A stretch of 51,689 nucleotides of DNA from Chiloscyllium plagiosum (taxonomy: Eukaryota), in assembly GCF_004010195.1 (NCBI RefSeq), contig NC_057718.1, positions 4,907,291 to 4,958,979 of the forward strand, written 5' to 3'. The notes under the pieces are model-generated. The model was not told where the DNA came from, did not search any database, and saw only the letters and a list, made by a program, of their open reading frames with translations. Every line of letters begins with the position of its first letter. Within the stretch, counting starts at the first letter, position 1. The position numbers and the translations under genes were made by a program. This document shows, piece by piece, positions 47,220 through 51,689 of this stretch.

Positions 47220-47653
47220 TTGTTTTTACCAAGGTACAATGACTGCAGATGTTGGAAACCAGAGCCTAGATTAGAGAGGTGCTGGAAAAGCACAGCAGTT
47301 CAGGCAGCATCTGAGGAGCAGGAAAATCGACGTTTCGGGCAAAAGCCCTTCATCAGGAATACAGGCAGAGAGCCTGAAGGGCGGAGAGATAAATGAGAGG
47401 AGGGTGGGGGTGGGCAGAAAGTAGCAGAGAGTAAAGAGCTTCAGGGCAGAGGAAATGACCTGGGAGTTGCAGTGGGAGAGGGACTCCCGGAGATTCTTGT
47501 AGAGAGAGGAGGAAAACTTCAAGGAATCCTTGCCAGAGGATTCGCAGTATGGTTAAAATCAACTTGGTAAAAACAATGACTGCAGATGCTGGAAACCAGA
47601 GTCTAGATTAGAGTGGTGCTGGAAAAGCACAGCAGGTCAGGCAGCACCTGAGG
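47220..47653 (-). mobile_element. Non-coding PLE derivative with partial tandem (pseudo-LTR) structure, ~335-nt unit
   Basis: Terminal ~85 nt occurs at 47233 and again at 47566; one intact hammerhead; inserted in a CR1. Confidence 0.75.
47329..47356 (-). ncRNA. Minimal hammerhead ribozyme core (PLE family 1), intact
   Basis: Reverse complement reads CTGATGAAGGGCTTTTGCCCGAAACGTC. Confidence 0.75.
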
Positions 47654-47787
47654 TCTGAGATTCTCCCACAAGGGGAAACAATTTCTCCTGTCAAGCCAGG
47701 TAAGGATGTTGTATGTATTCTCCACTCATTTAAAAACATCTCTCCATACACAGGATCAACCTAGCAAACATTCTCCAGACTGCATCC

Positions 47788-48449
47788 TGAAATAACTCCA
47801 CACAGGCCAGTATCCCATCCCCCTATTTTCACACGTGCACAGTATTGGTCCCAGTTTCCTCAGAGCCAGCTGTCAGAGTAAACAGAATCTTAAGTACTCC
47901 TGTTTGTTTATTTATTTATTTATTTATTCTTTTTTCTTTCTCCACAGAGGCCAGTATCCCATCATGAGTCACCCTTTGTTTACACATGGAGAGTCCTTGA
48001 CACTGACCCAGCTCCCTCAGAGCCAGCTTTCAGAGTGAACAGAACCTCTGACACTCCTGTTTTTTTTCCCCCACACTACCGCCTAACGCGGTAGTGCTTA
48101 TTTTTTCCCCAGCACACATGGTGTGTGTGTGCAGGTGTGAGACACAGTGAAAGACACAAAGTGCATGAATATTTATTCAATTTCCACCACCAGGAAGATA
48201 GGAAAACACCCGGGTGGCCAGTGACAAGCACTGCCCTTCACATCAAAGGACAATGCTGTGTGATCAAAACAGTGAAGGGGAGTACTCCTGTTTATTTTTT
48301 CTTTTTTTTTTGTCATTTGTTTAGTACTCCTGTTTATATCTGTCAGCCAGGACCCCCTGATTGGATCAGGTTAACAGCCCCAATCAGGGAACTCATATTC
48401 TATGAGCCCCCCGCCCCCCCCCCAAGCTGACATTATTACAACCACTACA
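47788..48449 (-). mobile_element. Probable solo LTR with internal duplication and a nested poly(A)-tailed insert
   Basis: TG...CA termini; splits a CR1 whose sequence resumes at 48450; TSD not clean. Confidence 0.5.
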
Positions 48450-49199
48450 GGTCCAATGCCAGTATATCTTTCCTTAGATAAGGAGACCAAAACTATTCAC
48501 AGTTTTCCAGTTCGGGTCTAACTAGTGCCTAACACAGTTTTAGCAAGATCTCCCTATTTTTATGCTTCACACCCTTTTAAATAAAGGCCAACATTCCAAT
48601 TGCCTTCCCTATTGAACTTGGATACTAGCTTTTTGTGATTCATGGATAAGGATCCCCAATTCCTCCTGTGCTGCAGTTTTCTGTAGTCTTTCCCCATTTA
48701 AGTAATATTCACCTCCTCTACTCTTCTTGCCAAAGTGCACAAGCTCACCTTTATGCTGGTGGACACTGTGTGTTCTCTCTTGGTTTCCTGTGGGTGGGCA
48801 AGACCATGGAAGGGAGCGAGAGAGAGTAAGGTCAAGGAACCTGAATGATTGCTTCCCCACCCAACACAGACTTTGGGAGAGAGAATGTGACCTCTGAATG
48901 GAGGAGTGTCTGGGTTCCCAGGCAATCATTGTGCTGGCCTCTCAACAAATGAGGTCCTTTTACAGAGTTATTGTTGGTCAGGGCCAGAGTTACGAACCAT
49001 GGGTCTCAGTGCTGCGGCTGCTAACTACATCTCTGACTCAAGCCACTGGAACCATGACCAGAGCGCGAAGCACCACCCTATATGAGGTCATGTGTTCGAA
49101 TGCCACCAGGCCAGATGGCAAAATGTGATTTCCATAAAATTCTGGAACAAGAGCTAATGAAATAGTAACTATTTACCAACTCGCCACATCATTGTGTTA

Positions 49200-51112
49200 T
49201 CTTGTGTTCCTGCATACCGAGGAAGTCAATCCGGGTGTTCCCCAACAGGAAACCCTGGATGCATCAGGATATACAGAACCTGCTAAAAGCCAGGCATGAG
49301 GCCTTGAGATCAGGAGACCCACTCCAATATAACGAATCCAAGTATGACCTTCGCAGAGCCATTAAGACAGCCAGGGACCAATACTGATTCAAACTAGAGA
49401 CCCAGACAGACACCCGGCAACTATGGCAAGGACTGAATGACATCGCAGATTGTAAAAAGAGACCGTGCAAGATAGCAGACGATGACACATCTCTCCCAGA
49501 TCATCACAACACCTTCTGTGCTTGCTTTGAGCAGACTTTTGGCGGAGAGGTAACCCCTGTTCCAACAAGCCCTGACGAACCAACCCCAACAGTCACTGCA
49601 TCAGAGTCAGATCAGTTTTCCTTTGTGTGAATCCAAGGAAAGCAATGGGACCAGTTGGCGTACCAGGCCGTGTACTCAGAGCATGCGCAGATCAACTGGC
49701 AGAGGTCTTCTCGGACATCTTCAACCTCTCCCTGCAGCAGGCCACTGTCCCTGCCTGTTTCAAGAGGGCCTACATCATCCCTGTGCCTAAGAAGGCTCAT
49801 GCAGCATGTCTCAATGACTACCGCCCAGTGGCCCTGACTTCAGTGGTCATGAAGTGCTTTGAAACGCTTGTCATGGCATTAATCAACTCCAGCCTCCCCA
49901 CTACTCTTGAGCCACTCCAATTTGCCTATCGGACCAACAGATCCATGTCTGATGCCATATCGCTTGCCCTTCACTCCTCCCTAGACCATCTTGACATGAA
50001 GAACAGCTACGTAAGAATCCTACCCATTGATTACAGTTCAGCCTTCTACACTACTATCCTCTCGAGACTGATCACTAAACTTCGTGATCTCTGACTAAGC
50101 CCCACTCTCTGCAACTGGATCCTCAATTTCCTCACCCACAGATCACAATCCGTGAAGATTGGGGACAATATTTCATTGTCACTAACACACAACACTGGAG
50201 CCCCCCAGGGGTGCGTACTCAGACCCCTACTGTATTTACTGTATACCAATTACTGCGTCGACAAATACCAGACTAATGCCATTTACATGTTTGCTGATGA
50301 CACCACCATAGTCGGTTGAATCGAAACAGACTACAGACAGGAGGTGGAAGACCTGGAAAAATGGTTCCTGAGAACAACCTAGCTCTCAATGCCAGCAAAA
50401 CCAAGGAATCCATTATTGACTTTTAGCGGGATGTTACTCATGCTCCCCCACACATTAACAGCACAGAGGTGGAACGAGTGGAGAGTGTCAAGCTCCTGGG
50501 AGTGGTCATCCAGAACCAGCTTTCCTGGACTCTTCATGTGGACGTATTGGTTACAAAGGTCCAACAACGTCTCTTCTTCCTCCGGCAGCTGAGGAAATTT
50601 GGCATGACGGCGAATACCCTTGCCAACTTTTATAGGTGCACCATCGAGAGCTTTCTGTCTGGATGTATCACTACCTGGTATGGCAACTGTACCATTCAAG
50701 ATCAGAGCCGGTTACCGAGAGTGGTGCATTCGGCCTGGATAATCACAAAGGCCAAACTCCCATCTATAGAATCCATCTACCAGGCCCGCTGTCAAGGAAA
50801 GGCCGCCAGCATCCTCAAAGATCCATCCCACCCTGGCAATGTTTTTCTACAACCTCTACCATTGAGGGGAGAAGGTACAGAAGCCTGAACACATGCACCA
50901 GCCGGTTTCGAAACAGTTTCTACCCTCCTGTTGTTAGAATACTATGGGCTCACAAACTCTTAGCTTACACCTGAACCTGTGTTTTGGTTTTCACCGCTGT
51001 TTACCTATTACTGACTATCTATGCTACATAACTCTGTGATCTGTCTGTATTGCTGCAAGACAAAACTTTTCAATGTGTCTCAGTACATGTGACAATAAAT
51101 TCAATTCAATTC
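49200..51112 (+). mobile_element. 5'-truncated Rex1/Babar non-LTR retrotransposon (RT region, disrupted)
   Basis: [35 protein letters not shown]...[18 protein letters not shown]...LQFAYR; FADDTT; stops and frameshifts; aataaa plus (ttcaa)n tail. Confidence 0.9.
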
Positions 51113-51689
51113 CATTTATTCCTGCAGGACTGCTATAGTTACTTATATATGTATATCAAGTGACTATGCTTTTAACAGGCCTGATTTCAGCAACAAAGCT
51201 GAAAGAAGGTCATAGAGTCATAGACATGTACAGCATGGAAACAGACCCTTCGGTCCAACCCGTCCATGCTGACCAGATGTCCCAACCCAATCTAGTCCCA
51301 CCTGCCAGCACCCGGCCCATATCCCTCCAAACCCATCCAAATACCTCTTAAATGTTGCAATTGTACTAGCCTCCACCACTTCCTCTGGCAGCTCATTCCA
51401 CCCTCTGCATGAAAACGTTGTCCCTTAGGTCACTTTTATATCTCTCCCCTCTCACCCTAAACCTATGGGCGGCACGGTGGCACAGTGGTTAGCATTGCTG
51501 CCTCACAGCGCCGGAGATCCGGATTCAATTGACTGTGTGGAGTTTGCACGTTCTCCCCGTGTCTGCGTGGGTTTCCTCCGGGTGCTCTGGTTTCCTTCCA
51601 CAGTCCAAAGATGTGCAGGTCAGGTGAATTGGCCATGCTAAATTGCCCATAGTGTTTGGTAAGGGGTAAATGTAGGGGTATGGGTGGGT

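Overview
Repeat-dense vertebrate genomic DNA, almost certainly from a shark or other elasmobranch (HE1/V-SINEs, CR1/HER1 LINEs, Deu-domain SINEs). It holds a complete, intact 7-exon FUCA2 gene (GH29 alpha-L-fucosidase) on the minus strand: CDS exons 29375-29179, 27880-27693, 23220-22881, 22098-21888, 17734-17544, 13842-13734 and 11324-11184, giving 1377 nt / 458 aa with all GT-AG introns in phase. About 7.7 kb upstream, on the plus strand, is a short first coding exon (37083-37179) resembling the RGRS(Q/K)SD-type N-terminus of PHACTR2, the expected divergent neighbour. The rest is mostly decayed retroelements (CR1, L2, Rex1/Babar, SINEs, a probable solo LTR) plus many Penelope-like element (PLE) relics. 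The PLE ends carry minimal hammerhead-ribozyme cores (CUGAnGA-helix II-GAAA) of about four sequence families, and several cores are intact. They occur as fold-back insertions with 13-16 bp TSDs, one ~335-nt tandem retrozyme-like unit, and one insertion in which a 34-35-nt template segment was copied about five times. A palindromic PLE in FUCA2 intron 5 contains inverted patches copied from sequences ~2.7 kb away on each side. All family assignments are by eye and from memory; no database searches were run, and TE boundaries are approximate. Assembly gaps: 25974-25984 and 26931-27292.
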